From: Congzhengia sp.
GTDB lineage: Bacteria > Bacillota > Clostridia > UBA1381 > UBA9506
NCBI GenBank assembly: GCA_045596445.1
Contig: JAZOCK010000066.1
Coordinates: 6,729-70,728, forward strand
Direction of reading: 5' to 3'
DNA: 64,000 bases
Under the pieces are notes generated by a model, which saw nothing but the letters and a program-made list of their open reading frames with translations, did not search any database and was not told the DNA's origin. The translations under genes and the position numbers were made by a program. Of this stretch, positions 44,768 through 53,759 are shown in pieces. Each line of letters opens with the position of its first letter. The first letter of the stretch is position 1.

Positions 44768-45391
44768 AGGTGGTAATACTATGGGTAAATTTTGCGGTTT
44801 AGGTCCGGTAGGATTTCCCGATTGGCTACTGAATCGTCGCCGAAACAGCAGTTTCCTTTTAAAGCCAATCCTGTACGGTTTCCCAATACAGAACCGAATC
44901 ACCACTTAAATCCACACTACAATCCCCATGGTATCTTTAAAAAACAGTCTAGAGGTTTTCCCAAACAGTCACACTTGCTCTTATCCTCTTTTGCAATTAT
45001 GATTTCAAGAAGCAATAACCAAATATCTTTGGCCGAAGACATCTGGTTTTAACAACTATCCCTCATAACCACTCAAGGCAGGCTACGCTGTCCACAGCAC
45101 TCGAGTTGAAATACAACTCTCGCACCAAGCAACAGGTTTAACCCTGTTTCGTACCTTAGTAAGTCCCATTAGATAGTATCGCAAGAAGCATATAAAGCAC
45201 AATAACAGGTCTCCACGGTAAAAGGGTCCTCATTTACATGCCATTGTAAAGTGCCCCTAAACCTTAACTTCCAGCACCAACCCCCGACTGGCATCGAAAG
45301 CTAGCACCAGAAACTTCATCGATGTGCCCTTTAACGGCTTTTTAGGTCCGTCCTGGGAGCAAGCAGTTCTGACTAGAATACTGCACCACCT
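44768..45391 (-). ncRNA. ole: OLE RNA (ornate, large, extremophilic), about 624 nt
   Basis: GC-richer non-coding interval between ispA and oapA. The ends pair (AGGTGGT at 5' with ACCACCT at 3'). Blocks recalled from OLE: GTGCAGTATTCTAGTCAG, AAAGGGCACATCGATGAAG, AGCGTAGCCTGCCTTGAGTG, GGGAAATCCTACCGGACCTAAACCGCA. Confidence 0.9.
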
Positions 45392-45426
45392 ATAATTTAT
45401 TAAATTTTACACTTTACCCTCAAATT

Positions 45427-45455
45427 AATATAACATATTTTTATAAAATAGTAAA
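45427..45455 (-). promoter_or_regulatory. SigA promoter candidate directly upstream of ole
   Basis: TTTACT-17-TATATT with TG extended -10, about 35 nt before the RNA 5' stem. Confidence 0.5.
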
Positions 45456-45481
45456 GATAATTTTCAAATCTTAATAAAAAT

Positions 45482-46363
45482 TTAATTCTCACGATTTAAT
45501 AAAAATTTTGCAAGTTCTGTCAAGAATGCTGCTTTATCGCCGTATGAAGAAAGACAATCAATCGCCTTTTTCGTATAGTCATCAAGAACCTTTTTGGATT
45601 GTTCAAGTCCGTAAATACTTACAAAAGTCGATTTATCATTTTCCTTGTCTGCACCTGTTTTTTTGCCTAAAAATTCCTCTTTTCCTTCAACATCTAAAAT
45701 GTCATCCTTTATTTGAAAAGCAATTCCTAAATATCTTGCAAACTCCTCCATTAAAAGCAAATCTTCTCTGCTGCCGCCGCCTAAAAGTGCACCTGTCTTA
45801 GCCGCAGACATAATAAGTGCCGCGGTTTTGTTTAAATGTAAGCTCATTAGCGTTACTGCATCAATCTGCTTATTTTCAGACTCTATATCAATTACCTGAC
45901 CGCCTATCATTCCCTCGGTGCCTGCGGCAGTTGCAATTTCATTCATTGCAGCCAGCGTCATATTGGGAGAAAGCTGCGAGTTTTTAAGAATAATTTCAAA
46001 TGCTTTATTTAAAAGTGCATCTCCTGCCAAAACCGCAATTGCTTCGCCAAAAACCTTATGATTTGTAGGTTTGCCACGTCTTAAATCATCGTTGTCCATA
46101 CAAGGCAAATCGTCATGAATTAAGGAGTATGTATGTATCATTTCTAAAGCACACGCAAAAGGCATAACGCCATCATGTGTACCACATATAAGTTCAGAGG
46201 TTGCTAACATTATTACGGGACGAATTCTCTTTCCACCTGCATTTATACTGTACTTCATCGCCCTGTATATTGTGCCTTGCGGTGCCTCTTTTTCTTCAAT
46301 GTACTTTTCTAAGCTTTTATTAATTTCTATTATCTTTTCTTCTAATTCTCTATAAAAATCCAA
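45482..46363 (-). CDS. ispA: Geranyltranstransferase / farnesyl diphosphate synthase
   Basis: GGKRIRP, SLIHDDLPCMDNDDLRRG, FQIKDDILD; TTG start. Confidence 0.95.
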   Translation of the reverse strand: MDFYRELEEKIIEINKSLEKYIEEKEAPQGTIYRAMKYSINAGGKRIRPVIMLATSELICGTHDGVMPFACALEMIHTYSLIHDDLPCMDNDDLRRGKPTNHKVFGEAIAVLAGDALLNKAFEIILKNSQLSPNMTLAAMNEIATAAGTEGMIGGQVIDIESENKQIDAVTLMSLHLNKTAALIMSAAKTGALLGGGSREDLLLMEEFARYLGIAFQIKDDILDVEGKEEFLGKKTGADKENDKSTFVSIYGLEQSKKVLDDYTKKAIDCLSSYGDKAAFLTELAKFLLNREN

Positions 46364-46365
46364 AG

Positions 46366-46581
46366 CTATTCCTCCTCAACACCATTTAACTGGTCAGTTT
46401 TGGTGAGAATCTTTATCTTTTGCTCAGCTTTATCCAAAGCAGTGTTACATTCATTAGAAATCTTAACACCTTTTTCAAAAAGCTTAACCGCTTCATCTAA
46501 AGGACAATCACCTTTTTCCAATGAGGCAACTATCTCTTCCAACTCTGTCATAGATTCTTCAAAAGTCTTTGCGTTTGCCAT
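46366..46581 (-). CDS. xseB: Exodeoxyribonuclease VII small subunit
   Basis: TFEESM.ELEEIV..LE.G..PLDEA..LFEKG...AEQKI. Confidence 0.95.
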   Translation of the reverse strand: MANAKTFEESMTELEEIVASLEKGDCPLDEAVKLFEKGVKISNECNTALDKAEQKIKILTKTDQLNGVEEE

Positions 46582-46597
46582 ATATGACTCCCTCCTT

Positions 46598-47443
46598 TTA
46601 TGAGTTTTCTCTCATATAATAAAACAAATATTGCTGTGCATAACCTGCTAAATTGCCAAATTTTTTATTTGCAAAATCGGATATTGTTAAATCTTTTATT
46701 TCATCCTTATAAAGTGTGCTGACAGAACGTTTTACCCAAACATCAACAGGAAATGTTTCACATCTTGAATTGCCAAATAAAAGTATACAGTCTGCAACCT
46801 TATCTCCGATACCTTTAATTTTCAAAAGCTCACATTTAGCATCCTTGGTCGGCATTGTTTTTATATTTTCCAGGTTGACTATGCCCTCAGAAACTTTTAA
46901 TATTGCGTCAATCAAATATGAATCTCTGTAGCCGGCTCTTAAAAATGACAACTCCTCTTTCGACACCTCTTTTAGCCTTCCGAAATCCGGAAACGAATAA
47001 TATGTACTATCGAATGCCGAAATTTTTGTACCGTAACGTTCGCATAGCCTCTTAATAATCCCCTGTATTCTTGGAATATTATTATTTGCAGAAATAATGA
47101 AAGATATTATACATTCCCAAAGGTCCTGGTTTAATATTCTAATGCCGTTTCCGTATTTTATAGATTTTTTTAGGTGTTCATCAGATGACAGGGTGTTTTT
47201 AATTTTAGCATAATCAGTACCTAAATCGAAATAATCAAACCAAATGTCTGATAAATCATTATCTGTTGTGTTCTTTAAAATAATATTTTTCCCTTGTTTA
47301 GATACGTTAATTACTCTGTTTTTAGCTACAATTGTGTAGCTTTCGTCTTGTTCTTTTTTAAAACGAAAGCACTGTCCGCACTCGAAAATGTGTTGCGGTG
47401 TAAAATCCTCGTCATAACCTTTTATTTCAACATAATTTTTCAC
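46598..47443 (-). CDS. 8-oxoguanine DNA glycosylase (Ogg1-like, HhH-GPD)
   Basis: FECGQCFRF, GIRILNQD.WE, SANNNIPRI, GIGDKVADC, FPVDVWV, GYAQQYLF. Confidence 0.9.
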   Translation of the reverse strand: MKNYVEIKGYDEDFTPQHIFECGQCFRFKKEQDESYTIVAKNRVINVSKQGKNIILKNTTDNDLSDIWFDYFDLGTDYAKIKNTLSSDEHLKKSIKYGNGIRILNQDLWECIISFIISANNNIPRIQGIIKRLCERYGTKISAFDSTYYSFPDFGRLKEVSKEELSFLRAGYRDSYLIDAILKVSEGIVNLENIKTMPTKDAKCELLKIKGIGDKVADCILLFGNSRCETFPVDVWVKRSVSTLYKDEIKDLTISDFANKKFGNLAGYAQQYLFYYMRENS

Positions 47444-47456
47444 TTTTTTATTACTT

Positions 47457-47948
47457 TTAATCGGGTCTTCCCGTCAATTCTCCCTCTTCGCATAATCCAA
47501 CATAGTCTAATTGTCGTAATGCCTCATATAAAACAATAGCAACGGAATTTGATAAATTCAAAGACCTGGAGCCCTCACTCATAGGAATACGGATACACTT
47601 ATCGTAATTTTCTTTAAGCAACGGCTCAGGTAAACCGCGTGTTTCCTTGCCAAAGAACAAATAGTCGTTGTCTAAAAAAATTACATCCGAGTGTCTATTC
47701 TTCGACTTAGTCGAGCAAAAATAGTAATTACCAGGACATTTTTCAAAAAAGTCGTCTAAGTTTTCATAGTACCTGATATCTAACTCATACCAATAATCAA
47801 GTCCTGCACGTTTTAGTTTTTTATCATCTATGGAAAATCCCATAGGTTTTATAATGTGCAAAATACTTCCTGTTGCTTTACAGGTTCTTGCTATATTCCC
47901 TGTGTTCTGCGGTATCTCGGGTTCAAGCAAAACAATATTCATTGCCAT
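47457..47948 (-). CDS. trmL: tRNA (cytidine(34)-2'-O)-methyltransferase
   Basis: PEIPQNTGNIAR, RAGLDYW, FGKETRGL, RSLNLSNS. Confidence 0.94.
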   Translation of the reverse strand: MAMNIVLLEPEIPQNTGNIARTCKATGSILHIIKPMGFSIDDKKLKRAGLDYWYELDIRYYENLDDFFEKCPGNYYFCSTKSKNRHSDVIFLDNDYLFFGKETRGLPEPLLKENYDKCIRIPMSEGSRSLNLSNSVAIVLYEALRQLDYVGLCEEGELTGRPD

Positions 47949-47955
47949 AACAAAA

Positions 47956-48558
47956 TCATTCCTCGTCGTCTAAAATAAAATCATAAATATAATCCCAAAA
48001 ATTTTCTGCACCCTCAAAATTCCGAGTAGAAAATGGAATTAAAATATCCCCCTCTTCTAATTCGAGTTCATCAATTATCATTTCAAGATTTTTTTCAAGA
48101 GCAACTTTACCGAGCTTATCAGACTTAGTAGCAAAGACAACCATTTGACCGCCTGATGTTTTTATAGCCCGAGCCATATCCTTATCGTCTTGTGAGGGCT
48201 TATGTCTTGAATCAACCAAAAGTATTACCTGCATAAGCTGACGTCTGTTCGAAAGATAATCTCCGATTATCTCTGTCATTGTCTTTCTGTCGCTATGGCT
48301 TGCCGAAGCATAGCCGTATCCGGGAAGGTCAACAAGCATAATCTTATCATCAATGTTGTAAAAATTTATAGTTACTGTTTTGCCGGGTTTTGAGCTTACA
48401 CGTGCAAAATTGTTCCTTGCTAAAATTTTATTTATCATAGAAGATTTACCAACATTTGACCTGCCTATAAAAGCAACTTCAGGCAAAGTAGTTGCCGGAT
48501 AATGTTCTCTTTTAACAGCAGAGAGCAAAAACTCTGCCTTGTGTATATTTACTTTCAT
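47956..48558 (-). CDS. engB: Ribosome biogenesis GTPase YihA/YsxC
   Basis: GRSNVGKSS, PGKT, DLPGYGY, TKSDK; follows lon. Confidence 0.95.
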   Translation of the reverse strand: MKVNIHKAEFLLSAVKREHYPATTLPEVAFIGRSNVGKSSMINKILARNNFARVSSKPGKTVTINFYNIDDKIMLVDLPGYGYASASHSDRKTMTEIIGDYLSNRRQLMQVILLVDSRHKPSQDDKDMARAIKTSGGQMVVFATKSDKLGKVALEKNLEMIIDELELEEGDILIPFSTRNFEGAENFWDYIYDFILDDEE

Positions 48559-48577
48559 AGCTTACCTCTTTCTGGTT

Positions 48578-50899
48578 CTATACGAGAGCAATCTTTAAAA
48601 CCTCTCTCATATTACGAACAAGTGCAATATTAATATTTTTCTTAACAATCTCTTCTAAGCTATCGATATCCTTCTTGTTTTCATAAGGAATAATTACTGT
48701 CTTAATACCTGCCTGATATGCTGCCAATGTTTTTTCGCGAAGTCCGCCTATAGGCAGAACTCTGCCTCTTATTGTAATTTCACCGGTCATTGCAACCTTA
48801 TGACTAACAGGTCTGTCAGAAAGTGCAGAAACTAAAGCGGTAGCAATAGTAATTCCGGCAGATGGTCCGTCCTTCGGTGTAGCACCCTCGGGAACGTGAA
48901 TGTGTATATCGCATTTTTTATAAAACTCTGAATCTATACCAAGCTTATCTGAATTAGAGCGTACAAAGCTAACCGCTGCTTTTGCAGACTCCTTCATAAT
49001 GTCTCCCAATTGTCCCGTTAACTCAAGATTTCCTGTTCCGTCCATAATATTAACCTCTACAGAAAGGGTATCTCCGCCCACCTGCGTCCAGGCAAGCCCT
49101 GTAACAACACCGATTTCATCTTTTTTAGAAGCAATATCATCTGTAAATATTTCTTTTCCCAAAAAATCTTCTAAATTTTTTCCTGTTATTTTAACTTGTT
49201 TTTCAGGTTCATCTACTATTTTTAGTGCTGTTTTTCGCAAAACATTGGCAATTTTTCTCTCGAGCGTTCTTACGCCTGCCTCTTTGGTATAATGAGCTAT
49301 AATTCCCTTAATGGCAGCATCGTTTATTGAAACGTTTTTCTTTGTTAAACCGTGTTTTTTTAGTTGCTTGTTTAGTAAGTGTTTTTTTGCAATCTGAAAT
49401 TTTTCTTCTGATGTATAACCGGGAATTTCTATAATTTCCATTCGGTCCAAAAGCGGACCGGGTATTGTCTCTAATGTATTTGCAGTTGCGATAAACAAAA
49501 CGTCTGAAAGGTCAAAATCCACTTCCATAAAATGGTCACGGAATTTTGTGTTTTGTTCAGAATCAAGTACCTCCAAAAGTGCAGCCGCAGGGTCACCACG
49601 ATAATCAGATGCCATTTTGTCAATTTCATCGAACAACATCAAGGGATTGTTTGTACCCGATTGCTTTAGTGCTGTTATAATTCTACCAGGCATTGAACCT
49701 ATATAGGTACGTCTGTGTCCTCTTATGTCTGCTTCGTCACGCAGTCCGCCTAGAGAAATTCTGGCATAACTTCTGCCCATGCTTTCGGCAATAGATTTTG
49801 CAATAGATGTTTTGCCGACACCCGGAGGTCCAACCAGGCAAAGAATAGGTCCCGCCATACTCTTTGTTATTTTCTTGACCGCCAAATATTCCATTATACG
49901 TTCTTTTACTTCCTTTAAACCGTAATGGTCGCGGTCTAAAACTTCTTTAGCCTTAGATATTTCTAAAGTGTCTTTTGTGTAATTATTCCAAGGTAAATCA
50001 CAAATCCATTCCAGATACGTACGGATTACATTTGCATCAGGGTTATTTGATGACATTTTAGATAAACGTACTAACTCTTTCTCACACTTTTCGGCAATTT
50101 TTTCGGGCAAAGAAAGTTGTTTAATCTTATTTCTGTACTCCTCTACCTCGTATTCTCCCTCGTCACCAAGCTCTTCATGAATAACCTTTAACTGTTCACG
50201 CAAAAAATATTCACGTTGATTTTTATCAATATTTTTCTTGACTTTTCTATTGATATTTGTGTCGACTTCAGCTATTTGAATTTCACGCATCAAAAGCTCA
50301 AGCAAGCGTTCTGCACGCTCACGAGTTCCCTCAATGTTTAAAATTTCCTGCTTATCTAAAAGTTTTAAAGGCATATTCGATGCAATGCTGTCTACCAGAC
50401 GAGATGTGTCTTCTGTATTTTCTAAAGAAAGCACAAAATCACTGCTGATTCTATTATTATAGTCACGGTAATTCATAAATTCATCTATCAATCTTCTGCG
50501 AAGAGCTTCATTTTCAATAGAACTCTCATCATAGCCGTCATTTTCAATTTCACTAACTAATGAAACAAAAAACGGCTTAGAGCTTAAAACCTCACATATT
50601 TTTGCACGCTTGATACCCTCAACAAGTACTCTTACTGTGTTGTTAGGCATTTTTACAACCTGACTTATCTTACAAATAGTACCTACATTTTCAATATCAG
50701 ATGACTTGGGGTTTTCAATTGCAGGATCTGTCTGCATTGCAACAAAAGCCATCTGTTTGTTTACCATAGCGTTTTCCAATGCCATAAGAGATTTCTCACG
50801 TGCCACATCAAAATGAACAAGCGTATTTGGAAAAACCACCAAACCGCGAACAGGCAGGGTCGGTAATGTTGTCGCTCGTTTTATAGTTGTATTATCCAT
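48578..50899 (-). CDS. lon: Endopeptidase La
   Basis: GPPGVGKTS, DEIDK, PKDGPSAG, IGGLREK. Confidence 0.98.
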   Translation of the reverse strand: MDNTTIKRATTLPTLPVRGLVVFPNTLVHFDVAREKSLMALENAMVNKQMAFVAMQTDPAIENPKSSDIENVGTICKISQVVKMPNNTVRVLVEGIKRAKICEVLSSKPFFVSLVSEIENDGYDESSIENEALRRRLIDEFMNYRDYNNRISSDFVLSLENTEDTSRLVDSIASNMPLKLLDKQEILNIEGTRERAERLLELLMREIQIAEVDTNINRKVKKNIDKNQREYFLREQLKVIHEELGDEGEYEVEEYRNKIKQLSLPEKIAEKCEKELVRLSKMSSNNPDANVIRTYLEWICDLPWNNYTKDTLEISKAKEVLDRDHYGLKEVKERIMEYLAVKKITKSMAGPILCLVGPPGVGKTSIAKSIAESMGRSYARISLGGLRDEADIRGHRRTYIGSMPGRIITALKQSGTNNPLMLFDEIDKMASDYRGDPAAALLEVLDSEQNTKFRDHFMEVDFDLSDVLFIATANTLETIPGPLLDRMEIIEIPGYTSEEKFQIAKKHLLNKQLKKHGLTKKNVSINDAAIKGIIAHYTKEAGVRTLERKIANVLRKTALKIVDEPEKQVKITGKNLEDFLGKEIFTDDIASKKDEIGVVTGLAWTQVGGDTLSVEVNIMDGTGNLELTGQLGDIMKESAKAAVSFVRSNSDKLGIDSEFYKKCDIHIHVPEGATPKDGPSAGITIATALVSALSDRPVSHKVAMTGEITIRGRVLPIGGLREKTLAAYQAGIKTVIIPYENKKDIDSLEEIVKKNINIALVRNMREVLKIALV

Positions 50900-50923
50900 T
50901 TTTTCCTCCACAAAACCGAAATT

Positions 50924-51709
50924 TTAGATGTTATTCCAAACATCTGTGTTTTTATCGGTTATCAAAATATCTAAATCATTTCCAAATTGTTTTTGCAAGA
51001 TTTCTTTCATATAGTCACAAAATATAATTTCTGCATTATAGTGCGGAACCTCTATTAATGATATAGGGCTTTCATATGCAAATCGTGCATGATGATACTT
51101 AATATCACCCGAAATATAAAGTTGTGCACCCATTTCCTTTGCAGTATATATAAAATCAGCACCACCGCCATTGCAAACAGCGATTTTAGATATTTCGCTA
51201 TTTAAATCGCCAATATATCTTACGTTTTCAAGTTTATACTGTTCTTTTACAATATCAATAATTTCACAAAGCTTTTTGCTTTTTGTAAGAGTTGCAATTC
51301 TTCCGCAACCATTCGTTTTATCGCCTTCTAATGAAATTCTATCCTTTGTATCTGTTATTTTATCCAAAAACAAATCACAAAGCCCTGATTTTACACCATC
51401 AAAATTTGTATGCATCGAAATGAGAGATATTTCGTTTTTTATTAGCTTCATAATTGTTCTTGATGTAGAATCTTCATTTACCACTCTTGTCAACGGCTTG
51501 AATATCAGTGGATGATGTGATATTAAAAGGTCGCAATTTTTATCTTCTGCATCCTTTACTACCAATTCATCTGCATCTAAGGTTATTAAAACTTTATTTA
51601 TTTTTTTGTTCCTATCTCCTACAAGCAAGCCCACATTGTCATAGCTTTCGGCATATTCTAATGGTGCAAAACAAGTTAAAAATTCCAATATTTTATTTAA
51701 TTCTACCAT
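50924..51709 (-). CDS. Nif3-like dinuclear metal center protein
   Basis: DNVGLLVG, SHHPLIF, HTNFD; follows trmK. Confidence 0.92.
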   Translation of the reverse strand: MVELNKILEFLTCFAPLEYAESYDNVGLLVGDRNKKINKVLITLDADELVVKDAEDKNCDLLISHHPLIFKPLTRVVNEDSTSRTIMKLIKNEISLISMHTNFDGVKSGLCDLFLDKITDTKDRISLEGDKTNGCGRIATLTKSKKLCEIIDIVKEQYKLENVRYIGDLNSEISKIAVCNGGGADFIYTAKEMGAQLYISGDIKYHHARFAYESPISLIEVPHYNAEIIFCDYMKEILQKQFGNDLDILITDKNTDVWNNI

Positions 51710-52419
51710 TTCGCACACTCCTTTTTTATTTTTTTGAATTCTTTCAATAAATAGTCAAACTGTAAATATTTATCTTTTATCTTAAGATTCGTTGTATTTT
51801 TCATAGAGTCGAGTGCTTTTTCGTACTCATAAATTTTTCTGTCTAAAAGCTCAGGTAAGAACTTATCTTTATTTTCTATAAGACGGTTGCCTATGTAATA
51901 GTTTATTTCGTTATCAATCGTCATATTTCCGCGGGTTGCAGAAATTATGGTATATATTTTGTTATCTTCTTTCACGAGCTTTTCGTCTATTATATCAAAT
52001 TCGTTTTCGGCTAAATATCTCCTTGTTTCTTCAATTGCTGTCATCGGTTGTAAAATGTATTTTTTTACAGATGTTAGGCGGTCTTTATTAATCCTTAAAA
52101 TATTATTAATTAAAATTCCGCCCATTCCTGCAATAATGACAGTATCAGCTTCACCATTGTCTAATTTATTTAATCCGTCAGAAAGGCGTGTCTTTATTTT
52201 ATCTTCTAAATTAAACTTTTTAATATTTTCATCTGCATTCATTAACGGACCTTCGTTAATATCCATAGCAAGTGCTTTTTTCACAATATTATTTAATACT
52301 AAATACACAGGGACATAGGCATGGTCTGTACCGATATCTGCAATGATACTTGATTTTTCCACCATTTTAGCAACAGTTAGAAGTCTTGGTGTCATAAAGG
52401 AATTTATATTCAAAAACAA
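51703..52419 (-). CDS. trmK: tRNA (adenine(22)-N1)-methyltransferase
   Basis: ADIGTDHAYVP, DINEGP, IAGMGG, ILQP. Start uncertain (TTG 52419, TTG 52413 or ATG 52395). A TTGACT-17-TATACT promoter at 52448-52476 argues against the longer ORF. Confidence 0.9.
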   Translation of the reverse strand: MFLNINSFMTPRLLTVAKMVEKSSIIADIGTDHAYVPVYLVLNNIVKKALAMDINEGPLMNADENIKKFNLEDKIKTRLSDGLNKLDNGEADTVIIAGMGGILINNILRINKDRLTSVKKYILQPMTAIEETRRYLAENEFDIIDEKLVKEDNKIYTIISATRGNMTIDNEINYYIGNRLIENKDKFLPELLDRKIYEYEKALDSMKNTTNLKIKDKYLQFDYLLKEFKKIKKECAKW

Positions 52420-52554
52420 GCCCACTCCCTCCACAAAATAATATAAAAGTATACCATATTTCAAAAAAAAAGTCAACATTACAAGTTTTTTATTTACAAT
52501 TTTATGTTTTTGTGATATTATATAACAGAAAACATTAATTTTAGAGGTGATATT

Positions 52555-53493
52555 GTGTTTAATAACGAGCATCTACCGCACGCATGGGACGATTTGGTGG
52601 AAAAATTATCCTTTATGCCGGCAATTGTAAAGACGATTGAAAAAATATACGATATTAACTGGTCAATGAACGTAAATCGCCATGACCACTTTGAGATGGT
52701 TTATATCAAAAAAGGAAGTGCTTTTTTTCAAATTGAAGGTATTGATGTAAATATGCCACCCCACTCAATCGTAATAATAAAACCAGGAAGAGCACATAAA
52801 TTTGTTGTAAAATCTGATGTATGCGAGCTTATTGTTTTAAGCTTTACATTTAAGACAAAAACAGATAATTTAGACAGTCACGTTTCTTTGACAGATTTTA
52901 TAGAATACATAGAAGACGACGCGACAGGAGATTTTCTGTTCCTGCCTCTTAATAAAAAAAATGACATCGCACACGTGATGAACAGAATTTTAAGAGAGCG
53001 GATTAAAACTCAGGTTTGTGGCGATTTTTTAAGCTGTCTTTTAATTATTGAGCTGTTTGTTTTACTCTCAAGAGCATTGAAACAGGAGTGGGAGCAAAGT
53101 GCAAAAAACAGAAACTTAAAACTGCATGAGCTTTTAAACATTGCCAAAGAATATATAGATACCAACTATGATAAAGAGCTGACCTTAACACAAGTTGCAA
53201 AATACATATACCTCTCAGACAGTTATTTTGCACATTCCTTTAAAGAAAGATTTGGCATAAGTCCTAAGAGCTATATTCTAAAGGTGCGAATCGAGGCATC
53301 TAAAGAATATTTGAAGAATACTGATACAAAGGTTGCAGATATTGCTAAAATCGTCGGTTTTTCAAGTCAACAAAGATTTAATGATATATTTAAGAAACAC
53401 GAAGGTATTACTCCTTTAAATTTCAGACAGAAGTGCAAATTAGAAAGAATGAATTACACAGAATATCCTCACACTGTAATCTTTGATGCTTAA
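52555..53493 (+). CDS. AraC family transcriptional regulator (cupin plus HTH)
   Basis: HDHFEMVY cupin; LSDSYFAHSFK and IAKIVGFSSQQRF..IFKK.EGITP; GAGGTG RBS, GTG start, TTTACA-17-TATTAT promoter. Confidence 0.92.
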   Translation: MFNNEHLPHAWDDLVEKLSFMPAIVKTIEKIYDINWSMNVNRHDHFEMVYIKKGSAFFQIEGIDVNMPPHSIVIIKPGRAHKFVVKSDVCELIVLSFTFKTKTDNLDSHVSLTDFIEYIEDDATGDFLFLPLNKKNDIAHVMNRILRERIKTQVCGDFLSCLLIIELFVLLSRALKQEWEQSAKNRNLKLHELLNIAKEYIDTNYDKELTLTQVAKYIYLSDSYFAHSFKERFGISPKSYILKVRIEASKEYLKNTDTKVADIAKIVGFSSQQRFNDIFKKHEGITPLNFRQKCKLERMNYTEYPHTVIFDA

Positions 53494-53499
53494 AACAAA

Positions 53500-53526
53500 G
53501 GGGTTGTAGCATTTAGCTACAACCCC
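53500..53526. terminator. Hairpin between the AraC gene and the convergent Asn-rich microprotein gene
   Basis: GGGGTTGTAGC-ATTTA-GCTACAACCCC, followed by TTTGTTTT on the minus strand. Confidence 0.8.
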
Positions 53527-53539
53527 CATCTTATGATTT

Positions 53540-53677
53540 TTAGAAATTGTTTTTATTGTCGTACTTGTTTTGGTTGTTGTTGTCGTTTTTATTCTGGTTG
53601 TTATTCTGATTATTCTTGTTCTGGTTGTTGTTATTGTTGTTGTTATTATTGTTGTTATTCTGATTTCTGTTATCCAT
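53540..53677 (-). CDS. Asn/Gln-rich low-complexity microprotein, 45 aa
   Basis: GGAGG RBS then ATG; MDNRNQ-N12-QNKNNQNNNQNKNDNNNQNKYDNKNNF (29 N, 5 Q); mixed AAC/AAT codons; terminator right after the stop. Confidence 0.75.
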   Translation of the reverse strand: MDNRNQNNNNNNNNNNNNQNKNNQNNNQNKNDNNNQNKYDNKNNF

Positions 53678-53727
53678 AATACCCTCCACACTAACTACAA
53701 TATTTTTTGAGCTTTTGCTCACAAGAA

Positions 53728-53756
53728 TAGTATTTACTCAAAACATTTTTTTATTC
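53728..53756 (-). promoter_or_regulatory. SigG/SigF-type promoter candidate for the microprotein
   Basis: GAATA-17 nt-AATACTA just after the rho stop, against the SigG consensus GHATR-17/18-CATACTA. Confidence 0.45.
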
Positions 53757-53759
53757 AAC

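Noticed and set aside
44687-45052. ORFs 44687-44905 (-) and 44792-45052 (+)
   Set aside because: They lie inside the OLE-like RNA, have no convincing RBS and show no recognisable protein motifs.
44768-45391. Large RNA as tmRNA, RNase P RNA or group II intron
   Set aside because: No tRNA-like ends, RNase P P4 signature or intron boundary motifs seen; length, sequence blocks and ispA/oapA context fit OLE.
52420-52572. N-terminal extension of trmK in the ORF track (similarly pyk 18634-18735)
   Set aside because: The extensions run through promoter boxes; better RBS-start pairs lie downstream.
53540-53677. CRISPR array or simple microsatellite
   Set aside because: No repeat-spacer structure; variation is mostly at third codon positions, consistent with coding sequence.
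53440-53691. 83-aa Thr/Ile-rich ORF, and the 60-aa extended version of the Asn-rich ORF
   Set aside because: The first is an alternative frame of the AAY repeat that crosses the terminator and overlaps the AraC gene; the GGAGG RBS points to ATG 53677.
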